A stretch of 64,000 bases of DNA from Xylographa opegraphella (taxonomy: Eukaryota). Positions within the stretch are counted from its first letter, which is position 1, and each line of letters begins with the position of its first letter. Positions 38,587 through 50,178 of this stretch are shown here, piece after piece. The notes beneath the pieces are model-generated. The model saw nothing but the letters and a program-made list of their open reading frames with translations. It ran no database searches and was not told where the DNA came from. The position numbers were made by a program, and so were the translations under genes. The DNA lies in the NCBI GenBank assembly GCA_022813865.1, contig JALDZX010000032.1:186001-250000 (forward strand), given 5' to 3'.

Positions 38587-39649
38587 TTAACCGCCCGGAC
38601 ATTGAATCTTTGATACCCATCCGTTCCCCAGAATCTCAGACCACCCAGCACGATCCTCCGGCCGGGGCTCAAGCATCCTTCCGATGATATGACTTGACTC
38701 TGGTGGCAATTGCCGGAGTAGACTCCCTACGATCGCGCTGATGACTTTGGTATCTTCCGGCGTTGCAATGGTGCGACACTTCTGATTACTGGATTGCGGC
38801 GTCCCTCGACGAGCGTCACGCATTGCCTGCCACGAAAATAATCCGAAGTGGTCATCCAAGGCATCGCACGGGACTGGCATCGATTTCCAGGGAATGTCTG
38901 GCAAGAGCATTCGACAGAAGCTCATGGCCAGCGCCCAGATATCCACTGGCCGCGGATCGTACTTCGATACCTCGTAGACCTCCGGCGGGAGATAAGTAAG
39001 GGCTCCCACAGGACCTTCTCTCGGAATTAGACACAAATTAAAGCTTAGCTGGGAGAGAAATCATACCCCATCGCTTCTCTATGATGCTATCTACTCCTCG
39101 AAACTGATAGGAAGTGCCAAAGTCGATAATCTTCGCTGAGCCATTCGAATCTAGCATAACATTGTTTACCTTGAGGTCGTGGTGTGCATACCCCTCGCTG
39201 TGCATGTAAGAGACACCATCAAGCAATTGACGAAAGATGCACATCGCTTGAGGGACCGTCACTCCTTGCTCGCTTTCAACGAGGCCGTTCAGGCTTTGGG
39301 GATAGAATGGCATGACTATAAACCACGTCCGGTTTTCGTAAATAAGGTCCAATGCTTCGATGATGTTATCGTGTCGTAAAGACGTGGCAATTCTGAACTC
39401 ATCCCGAACACTCGCAGCAGTGTCGTTGAGGTCTTCCGTTTCATCCTCATTCACATAATCATCCTCGGAATCAAACTCTTTGACCGCGAATTTCGCCGAA
39501 TCCTCTCGGCGTTGATACAAGTGGACCAATCCACCTGCACCTTCACCAAGTAGTTTGACGGGCTCGCCATATTGCCGCAGGCTCGAACCGTGAAATGCGG
39601 AAGACGCAGACACGAGGGTACAACAGAACGACAGAAGGAACACACGCAT
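38587..39649 (-). CDS. Ser/Thr kinase resembling the Npr/Hal family, reduced to the kinase domain, with an apparent signal peptide; 2 exons
   Basis: MRVFLLSFCCTLVSASSA, then LGEGAGGLV, FAVKEF, LRHDNII, HHDLKVNN, KIIDFG, G|PVGALTYLPPE, YDPRPVDIWA, IIGRMLEPRPEDR. Confidence 0.88.
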
Positions 39650-40172
39650 GTTGGTCATTTAAAGGACAAAACCCTAAGCAGAAATCTATTGACAGAAGCA
39701 AGCAGTCCTATACTCGGCAAACATGGAACAACTGGCCAGGAAGAGGCATCATACTTCAAGTCGGAGAGAAGTTATAAGGTAGTAAGCTTAAGATACGGTA
39801 AATGGATTCCTCTACCGTGCCGTACCGTAGATGGTGTTGGAAACAAGGCGCAGGGATTATTCGTTCAAGTTACCTCGACTGGGCTGTGGAGTCAATCGGC
39901 CCATTCCCAAATATCATGCTTTGCAATTGGACCAACCACCTGTCTCAAGAGGGGATTTATTCCTCGCGGATAGTATACAATGACTGATTACCGAACATCT
40001 GCATGTGGCAACCGCCGTACTTGTAAACAGCTACAGTTGTACCATGGCGGCACGGAAGAATGTTTCAACGATCGGCTCAATCTGCGTCATCTGTTGAACA
40101 GGATAACTTCACTCCTTCACGTTGGCTATAAGAAGTAGACTGCAATAGGAGTCTGACCAGATACTATAGAAT

Positions 40173-41525
40173 ATGCCGGTTGCTGAGTCGGACCTGGTAT
40201 CGCCCTCCGGATCGGAAGCACCGTTGACACGTCTCCCATTCCCACCTATCACTAGATCCCATATCCTCCACTGTTCGTTCCACTTCTGGCATCCCTTGTA
40301 AGTGTCAAAGGTCTTCTCGGATTTCTTTCTAAGTATCTTCAGGTACCGTAGTATAACACCCAAAGCCCGCCTGATCCCTCTATCACCATCCTTCTTGGCC
40401 TACCTCCGCGCAGATGGCATCGTGCTTCCGTCATCAACCCCCCCTTCCCCATCACTAGATATAGACGATGATAGCGGTATTTTCATATCATCCACTTCGT
40501 CAGACACAGATGACGACGAAGAAAGTCCGGATTCTTCTCTCGACTGGCCTGACGTTCACGCTTCCATTATCAGCACGATAGCGGAACTGGATGGCTCCGT
40601 TGTCCCAAAGCTGAACTGGTCCGCACCGAAAGATGCGACTTGGATAGCGGCAACGAACAGTATGGAATGTCAAACACCGAATGAAGTCTATCTCCTGCTC
40701 AAGAGCTCGGATTTCATTACACACGACCTTGAACAGGCATTTGATGGCTGTATAGAAGACTTAGAGGACACCTCGTCTCTCCATCCATCGTCCTCGTCCT
40801 CTCCTCAACATGAATCGCGCGACAGCAAAGACCACGCGATACCCTATTACCTGGTCTTACGCAAGACTATCCCAGCACTTATCACCTCGCTTGAGTTCCG
40901 GTGCTTTGTGCGCCGCCGACGTCTGCTTTGCATTTGCCAGCGGGACCTCAACCACTACGCCTTCCTCCCTTCTCTCATCCCAACCCTCAAATCACTCATC
41001 CAAGACTTCTTCGAGCAAAAGCTACAAAATACATTTCCAGACGGGAACTTCGTGTTTGACGTCTATGTACCACAGGCGAACGAAAGGGGGAGGGTATGGC
41101 TGATCGACATCAATCCTTGGGCGCAAAGGACTGACCCGTTGCTATTCAGTTGGTTGGAGGTGCTAACGATGCCGGAACCAATTTCGCGATCACAAGCACA
41201 ACGAGATGTGAACGCTGGGGTATTAAGGTTGTCCCTGGAGGCTCAATCTGAGACCTCGTCAACCACAGAAAGCGATGACGAGACAGAATCTGATGGAAGT
41301 AGTGAGTCGCAAGCAGGCAACGGAGAGGGGGAGCCGGAGTTTCGTATTGTGAAAAGAGATGATCCGGAGGCTTATACGTTCAATACACCGCAGTTCAGCG
41401 CGCACAAGCTTCCGAAGGATGTTGTTGACGCGGGTGCGGATGGAGAGGCTGGACTGAGGGAGTTCATGGGGCGATGGAGGGACATTGTCAGTAGGCAGGA
41501 CAGGGAAGAAGCTGAGGGTGACTAG
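40173..41525 (+). CDS. CDC123: Cdc123 (D123) ATP-grasp protein, 2 exons
   Basis: FPPITRSHILHCSFHFWHP|YRSITPKARLIPL...PKLNWSAPKDATW...YLLLKSSDFITHDL...EFRCFV...WLIDINPW...TDPLLFSW. Confidence 0.95.
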
Positions 41526-41720
41526 ACTAGATATGTTGTGTAGTTCAATCATTAGACACCGATAAATAAGCATGCACCTCAGGTTGGACCAAATTCTTGG
41601 ACTATTCGACAAGCGAAGTGTAACTCCGAGGGTCCCCCTAATCTCCGTCGATGAACCACGAATCGTGAGAATATCTCCTACATTACGCCCAATCAACACC
41701 TTGACATCGATCGGCTTTCA

Positions 41721-44215
41721 ATGGCCACCGAAGCCCCCGATCCTAAGACTTTCAATTCATGGGAAGACGCCTTTCAGTATGCCGTCCCAGCTGTCCGGCG
41801 TATGGAGCAACAGCTTCGTGGAGATATTGCCAGTAACGGGGAGAGATTGAGGACGCTTGTCGGGTGAGTTCTTTGGTAGTGTTTGTGGACGGTGTTTCCG
41901 AAGTAGATATGTCAACACCGGGCTAACTCACTATCAATTACAGGGCAAGCTATCGTGATCTATTGGGGACTGCCGAATCGATAATCGAGATGAATGATCA
42001 AATGAGGCACGTTGAAACCTATTTAGGTAGTCTGGGGAGACGATGCAACACCAAGACACTGGAAAAAAGCGCTTTCAACTTGAGCCTGCTTGACCGGTCT
42101 GGAGCAGCTTCCGGTGCGAAAGCTTTATTCCTGGTTCTATCTCGTTGAGCGCATCGCTTACGCACATGAACTATGGCAGACAGAGGCCGGTATACCGTTG
42201 CATCCCAACTCGCGGTCTTGCGCAGTTGTCCCAAAATTCTAGTCCGACTTTTGAAGAAAGGTGGATCGGTTCTGCTGGCGGCGAAGCTCTTGGTCGTATC
42301 AAGGTTGTTACATACCAAGCTTTCCGAACAGCTATCTGTCCGTACGTACATCGACAAGATCAGGGCTAGGCTTGCAAGGCTACGTCAAAAACTACTGTCC
42401 CATATCGATCGCCAACTGAAAAATCTTCATCTCAGCTCTGACGAAGTTGTGGATACCATGTGTGCCTTCTCGTTGGCCACAAGTTCGTCGGCGCGAGATG
42501 TTCTCCGTCACTTTCACCACGTCAGAGCCGAAGCTATCTCTGCACATACTTCACTCTCCGGAGAACCAGAAGCCTATATTCTTGAAGCGTTACGACTATG
42601 GGTTCGTACCCTTCAAGACACGAACACTATTGTCAAACGGCGATTGTCTCAATCTCTTGCAAAGCTAAAATCCACTCCTCTATTCAAAGACCCCAGTGTT
42701 TGGTCAATAAAAGATCTCGATTATGATGTTCATACCAGATGGATCGGCGATGATTTGAAGAATTTTGTACCTTATATCAGACATGATGATCTTCAATCCA
42801 GCATGACAGTTGATCAGCTGAATATCTGGGCCCCGAAAACACTTGAGGTATATCTCTCCAATGTCGACCTCTTGCTGAATTCAATTGCGGACCCCGCTAT
42901 CATCGTAAATCTTCGGAGTAAGTGCCTCAAGCTCTGGATGTCAAATCGTCGTCATTATGTTGGCGTTGGAGGGGAAGAAGTTTTTGATCACTTTAGACAA
43001 CCTTTCAGACAACGGCTAGCCCACCTCATACAGGAAGACAGCAGATCTTTGGAGGCATTATCAACAAAGATAATGACGATAATCCAGGATCAAGATCAAT
43101 TTACTTCCGAGCTTTCTCAGCCTCTATGGAAGAGCTCATTAGCCTCAATGAATGTATCCTTGGGGGCTGAAATGTTCTTGTCAACAGTCCGTGATAACGT
43201 AAGTGGGGCCGATAATGCCCTGAATCTAGTACGGCATTCGTATCAACATTGGCTCGATGTTATGAACCGCTGGGTTTCGACCATAACAGAACTAAAGCAA
43301 CTCAGGTGGGACGACAGCCTTGATGAGCTGGACGAAGATGACGACACAGTTGAGAAATTAGAGTCACTTCTCAACGGAGACGATCCGCAGGATATGGAAA
43401 GAGAACTGAGTCGCTCTTTAGGCGCGGCCTTCGACCTCTTTCAAGCTACAGCTAGCGAGCTCACTAAGGATCTACGAACTATTGGAAGCGTTGACAGAAA
43501 AGCTGCATTCCTTCTGCGAGTGCTACGCCACGTCAGGCAGAATCTCCCTAAAGCCTACGCAAATACCGAACTCGCAGCGTCCGTTGTCAACGATCTACAA
43601 TCTGCAGTCGCTGAATACGTGGTCGATAACGTGATGGGCAAGCAGAATTCCAGCATATCGAAGGCAGCAAATGGCTCCAAGGTACAGGGCAGACTGCTCT
43701 GGGACGGAGTACCCGAACTTCCTATATTGCCTTCGCCGTGGACCTTCAAATTACTACGTAGTTTACAGCTCAGTATGGCCAACACCGGAACCGATCTGTG
43801 GAGCCCTGTGGCTGTAGCGAAGGTCAAGTCGATGCTTCGAGAGGCGATGATATTGGCACTTTCAGCACAAGCTCCTGTAGAAAGCATATCGAGCGGAGAT
43901 AGAGAAGCTAATTCAAGACCACTGGATTCCAACACGGCTAGCAACGATGATCAACTCTCAAACGGCAACGGACACGGACCCCATAACCCGAACACTGCAG
44001 AGAGCGACTGCAAGACCCAACTCTTCTTTGACCTGACATTCCTAGCGCACGCAACATCGAGTCCTGCAATTAAGGAGAGCGGCGATATCTTTGGGGATCG
44101 CCTCCAAAAAGCCGAATCCGAGTCTTTGCTTGTTTCGACGTCCGTGATGCAAGTGAAGAAAAGTGCTGCTGCCTACTGGAAACGAAGCTCGTTGCTGTTT
44201 GCTTTGTTGATGTAG
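41721..44215 (+). CDS. COG1: Conserved oligomeric Golgi complex subunit 1 (Vps51/Vps67 N-terminal domain), 3 exons
   Basis: SWEDAFQYAVPAVRRMEQQLR...LRTLVG|ASYRDLLGTAESIIEM...LLAAKLLVVSRLL...LWDGVPELPILPSP...YWKRSSLLFALL. Confidence 0.85.
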
Positions 44216-45212
44216 GATGAGCAGGAAACCGAGACTATTAGAAATTATTCAGGTCAGCCGATATAACTGTGCTGTAATTGTAGTTGCATGACTCCTATGG
44301 CCGAGCAAGAAGGACAATGAATGGCACTGATTCCTATACCTTTTCAAGATATCCTCGGTTAGCATTCTGCGTCCCTTTCCCGTTATTAGGGCTCGGGATT
44401 CCTTGCGACAACATCTTATCGTCCACCCGTCACGCGCATGAGCATGTTCGTGTGGATGGGGTCTAAGACTTCCATGGTTGAGGAGATAGTGAAGCGGCAC
44501 GCATAATATTTCCCACCAAAATCACTTGCCTATAAATGGGCTCTACGTCTCGTCAACCTCCTTGCTCACCCATTCCACGGTTTTCCTGGTAGAGACAAGC
44601 GGCTCTGCACGACTATCCCTGCGTGTATCTTACTTACATGGGGCTGAGGGTCTGGCCAGATTATGGCAGCTGCACCATGTACTATTTGTATGGGCCGGTT
44701 GCTTTACATGCATGTCTACTGCCTCAGATACCTCGTCAGCGCCTTTAATGTGCTTGGGTGGGCACGAGAGACGGCTTGACAGTGTACAGAGACTGGCTAC
44801 GGCCAATGGTATGCAGTTGAACCGAGTTAATATGGAAGATTCACCAGCCCTTCAGGGACTTCAGGCAATCATCTGATCGTGTATGAGGAGGCTGGAAGCG
44901 CACTGCTCCTCATGTCAGAATGCCCAAATAATAGAGCCGGACGTGTTGATATCCCATGTCCATTAACATACATCTGCCATTTTTGCACTGGCATCTCTTA
45001 CGCAGAGCCGTGCTTGTCTATCTTTCATCAAGCCGACCAAACAGTCTCTAGATTTCTCAAAGCTCTCCGAGCAAGATAACTCTCCTCCCCTCCCTCACCT
45101 GGACTGACAACAACAGACCAGCGAGACTGACTGATAAACCCCAATAATACCCAAATCCTCCACACCCCGTCCCCCATAACCCACCCCTTAACCACGCTCC
45201 CCCCCAAACCAC

Positions 45213-46062
45213 TCACTCATCCACCACGCCCTCCACTCTCACAAACCTCCCGGGCTCCCTCAACAGCACCGGTGACCGATGAATCCCATACCCCCTCAAT
45301 TGACCTCCCCACTCCCTCAGATCCACATCCACAAAGCCGGCATCCACCCACCCGTACCGCCGGTACAGGTTCCGCCCCCGCATCTGCGTCCCGATGTACA
45401 CCAGCTCGCGCTCCAGCCCGAAGGTCTCGAACCCCCACGCCAGCAAGGCGGTCCCGATCCCCTGCCGCTGGTACTCCGGCAGCACGTGCAGCGCCGACCA
45501 AGCTGGGAAGGACGGGGGTCTCGTTGTCAGCGAGGCAGGGACAGCAAATGTAAAGCAGGAAGGTAACACCACCTCCCCTTCTTTCCAGAAAATAGAATGG
45601 AAAGAATAGAAAACAAAAACATCAGAGCAAAACTCCCAAAAACCTACCAACATGCCTCCTCCCCTCCACCGCACCCCACCTCGCCTCCGCCATGCGCGCA
45701 TAATACATCCCACAAAACGCCGCATCCATCCCCTCGGGAAAGCCTCGCTCCCCCCCATTCGACGGCGGCAGCTGCGGCGGCCGCTCCCCGCTATAGAACG
45801 TCAGACTCGCAAACGCAACCACCACCGGCCCGTCGCCCTCGTCGTTCCGCAGAGTGGCCTTGAACACTCGCGTGGCCGGATCCTGCAGGCTGGCGGGGTA
45901 GGTCGCGCGGCAGAGGGCCCGCTTGGTGGCCATGGCGCGCTCGTGGTTGGTCCCGAATTGGAAGACGTCGATGAGGTCGGCGGCCATGGCGCGGCTGATG
46001 GTGGTGGCGATGGCGTCCATGTCGCTGGGCGTGGCCATGGAGATGTGGATTGGGGGCGTCAT
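45213..46062 (-). CDS. GNAT-family N-acetyltransferase, 2 exons
   Basis: ISMATPSDMDAI...; acetyl-CoA motif A LHVLPEYQRQGIGTALL; GRNLYRRYGW. Confidence 0.88.
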
Positions 46063-46416
46063 GGTGGGTGGAGAGGAGGGAACGGCGTTCGACGGCGTTG
46101 ATATGGGGAGATGGTGAGTGAAGAGTGAGGGAGAGTCTGCGGTGGTGATAGTGGGAAGGTATCCTGTCCCAGCATAGTGCTGATCCATCCAAACTGAAGA
46201 TCATACGCTCAGAACGACCAAAATGATATTGATGGGTTCTCTTGTTCGTGTGTTTTTCAATAGATGATATCCTTTAGTCCATACAGGGACGAAACAACCC
46301 CTTGGTTTGACGATATTTTACTGTACATGTACATAGCGATGCCCAAAATGCTCAAAATGCTCATACGGATCACGGAAACGACCCTTCCTGATGTACACAC
46401 AGCGTGCTATTTACCA

Positions 46417-49400
46417 TTACCATCCAAACACCTCATTGATAGCAACCACGTTCCATCTATATCCACCAACAGCAACCAGCGCCCCCACCAAGTCGACCAC
46501 CAAAAGCACAGCGGCTCCTGTCATGAATCTGGGACTGAATATCCTGTACAGCATCAAGTGCCGCCTCAGCCAGCCAGCCCAGATCGTGGTGGCAAGGTTG
46601 ATGACGCCGTAATAGCAGATATGCCTCATCATAGCTCGAGCTACATCTCCGAGCAATCCCGTCTTCTTTGGTGGTTGCTTCCACAGAACGACCAACGGAA
46701 CGGCTATTACGGTCAAGATTTGAGCTCCGAATGTATTCAGAACTATAAGAATCGGAGACCAAGGGTAACGAACGGTTTTCAAGGCGATAAAGGCGACATT
46801 CCATTGTATGCTTGCCGGCGTGGCTTGATGCCCAGTCTTGAAAAAGTGGAAGCTGCCGAGCAAAGCGAGAACGATGGGACCAATGGCGCTTTGCGAAAGG
46901 TCATTCGTATCCACGATTTCGAGCAGCGAAAGTATCTGCAAGGCCAGGAGACCCAGCATGCCGCCACCCATTGGTTTTTGAAGCAATATGATACCGAGTA
47001 GCCAAGCACTAAAAAGCAAAAAATAGCGGCTGCCATGCACGTTTGCATAGCCTAAGATAGTCATAGTCTTAGGCTTTGGTTTCCCTGTTTCCGAAGACCC
47101 ATCAACAGGAGCTACCTCCAGACGGATACAAGGCGCAGCCCATATGAAAGTTGTTGTTCCAGCGCCGAAAGCCACGGCCAGAATGATTTGAGCTAGGTTG
47201 ATTCGGATGTTCAATAAGGTCGTACTACTCATAGATAACCAGTTCCCATCGTCCGCGGTATCCAAAGTCCAGTATATTGCACTACCTAAAAGTCCAATTC
47301 GAAAAGCGAATCCTATCCAGAATCGGGCTGAGCCTTCATACGACTTTGTGCGTTGATAGTACGATTTGATTACCTCTGGAAGCAGTATGGCAACAAAATA
47401 GGAGATGAGAAGTTGCCAAGTGGCCGAAGTCGATGTTGTCGCTGAAGCGTAATATGTAGATCTGCAGTATGGCATCTGCTCATCTCGACATAGTCGAGAA
47501 AAAGATGATACTCTGGTAAGCCCTAAGAACAGCAGGGAGTGATACATGCCCAAGATCCGATCGGTTGTATTGACTTGCCGCAAAGATGCAGCCGCCGCTA
47601 TCACCCCAAAGGAACTCAGGAAGAACAACAAAATCTCGTCCTCCCAAATAGTGTACGAATTGGACGCAAAGCCGATCGACTGGCTTAAAGTGAACACAAT
47701 GGCCATCCAGCCCCACAGAGTCATACCATTACCGATGAAGCTCGTAGCACGATTTTGCCAAAAGGCCAATCCGTTTCCGATTAAACCGCCAATGGCGGCT
47801 CCAAAAGCCACGCAATCGTTACTAAGTGTGTCGGGAATGAACAATCTTGAGAGATATGCAATTGAAGCTCCCGCAGGGATACCTATACCAATTTTCTGCA
47901 ACAAGGCTGGTACGCTGTCCGCTCGATCTTCAGAGCTTGGCCTTGCAAATGCTATTGTTGAGAGAAGAGCGAATGATAATATACCTATCCCTTGTAGCAT
48001 GTTTGGGATGTCGAATCTCGCCCACAAGCTTCGACAAACATGAAGGTTCTCTATTTGATAGTCTGAGAACGCCGTATAGGTGGCCTGCAAGTCCTCAATT
48101 GTGGTGAGCCTTCCAAACCTCAGCCGTACCCAGTAATTGATGGCCTTTAGCCATCTCTCTTGTACCAGAGACGTTGCATCTTCATCGAGTCCTCGGGCCT
48201 GTGAATACTCAACTTGATAATTATGGATCTGAGCACCTGTAAGGGCGTTAACAATGGCTAACTTCTCCCACTCCGGCTCGTTGGGTCCGATAAACGCTTC
48301 TTCGATCGGGGCTCCTAAGTTGTTGAAAGGGATTGGCAGACCCAGCAATAGGGAAAGGGTAGGCACAAGATCGATTTGTGCCACGGCACGCTCTTTCGCC
48401 GTGGCCGGAGGATCTACGTATTCTGGTTTGCTGCGACCAAAGCTGGCTTTCTTGGAATACATCCATAATGCGGCCTCTACTTCATCGTCCGATTCGCCTC
48501 CGTGGTCGCCCTTGGCGTCCATTCCATGGTCACCCATGACAACTAGTAGGGTCTGATCGTCAAGGACTTCTACTAATTGACGTAAGATAGCGTCCATTTG
48601 CGAAAGCTTCGCTGCCATCGCAGGGTGATTGGGGCCGTAGCGATGACCGGCATGGTCAACACCGAGAAAGTGGGCAAATAATACGTCCCAGCGACTCACT
48701 AACTCGGGTGCTAATAGAGGCAGCAAATGCTCTGTAATCCCATCGTCGACAGTATGTAGATCCCAAGCATTGAATGAATCATAAGCGTGGGTAAGATTGG
48801 CGTCGAAATACCCGGGGAAGAGCGAGTGCCAGGTGTCATCACCCAGGTGTACCAAAGTCTTGTTTGCTTCTCGTAATTGCGCGAGGATATTGTCCTCTTC
48901 AATCGCTGTGCCAGAAAAACTGGCACCGGCGTCTACGAAAGTAGGTAGTGTACCTGTTGTCAATCCCTTCAATCTTTGGAGAGTCACGGTAGGAGGATCT
49001 GCAATGAATGGAAGAAGAAACGCATTGTGAGGTTGTTCAATTGCAGTCTCATGTAGCACCGTGAGTGTGTTATGATAGTGTCGAGGTTGCGCCTGGTACG
49101 GAACGGTGAAGTCATAGCGTAAGGCATCAATGATTATTATAATGGCTTTGTCGAATTGTTTGGGATGCCAGCATCCCCCTCCGATAGAGCTTGTATGTGA
49201 GACCTTCAGGGGTGGCTGCAGGCATTCAGACTTGTCATTGAGGACCAGACGTGTGAGGAGGAAACCCTTGGTGAAGAAATATATGCCGATCGCATGGAGA
49301 AATCTAGACCAGTTAGGTTCTGCATTTGTTCTCGGGAAGTTGTGACTGACAATATCCACAGGAAGAAACCTACAACGAGTAGGTGGAGAGACTTGAATCG

Positions 49401-49523
49401 TACCATACTTTTTCTGTTCCTCTCTGCTAGTTCTTGAACATCCTTCGAGCTTTTGATCCGGTTCCCACTAACAGCAGCATTGGGCTTCACGATGTCACCG
49501 TATTGAATGCTTCCAGCTTCCAT
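46417..49523 (-). CDS. GPI13: GPI ethanolamine-phosphate transferase 3 (PIG-O), 2 exons
   Basis: GIYFFTKGFLLTR, IIIDALRYDF, ADPPTVTLQRLKGLTTGTLPTF, HFLGVDHAGHRYGP, GDHGMD..GDHGGES, FFKTGHQ, LRRHLMLYRIFSPRF. Confidence 0.96.
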
Positions 49524-50178
49524 GTTGGGAAGGATCTCGCGCGCAAACAGCCACATACATCACGACCTGGATGTACATTGGATGAATGGATGCTGTGGGT
49601 TCGAAAGCACAGAGAGCGAGGTTTGCATGACGACGTGCTCCTCCTCAACGTATCCCATCATGAATGCGATATTTGGAGGCACAATCACTGAAGCGAGGTT
49701 CTCATACACCGAGCCCGATTAAGCCTTACCCTCTCATGACTGTTCGCGACGGCCGAGCATACTTGCAATACAGTCTACATCTTATCGTATCCCTACTACC
49801 TCCGTAATACCTAGACCTTGGGGTCTTAGGAGGTTGCCCAGGCGGTATCCTTAAGAGGTCCGCAAAGCTGTATCTTACTACTACTAGCGCGTGCGACGAC
49901 ATTTGGTGTACTGCTCCGTATATAAACCATGATCAATTCATCGTTTCCTCATGTTACTACACCCTACGATCAAAACGACGTCGCCCCCAGAGTATCGTAG
50001 TGAATAGTGATCCATTATCTAGTATACTACAAATACCTGCCGGGACTGACTCGAAACACATGATTAACGACTGAGCCATAGCCAACAGAGCAAATAATTT
50101 CCAGTCATAACGAGTCATAACGCATTAAATGGCCTCCAGCTTTCGCCTTATTCCTCTCTCGCCCAACATTGATACCTA

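Noticed and set aside
38945..38965. The kinase contains DPRPV, identical to five residues of the peptide core
   Set aside because: YDPR.xD is a normal Hal/Npr subdomain motif, so a 5-residue match is most likely coincidence.
44526..45079. Faint ankyrin-like wording in ORF 44526-44876
   Set aside because: No convincing TPLH or helix periodicity; cannot be supported without a profile search.
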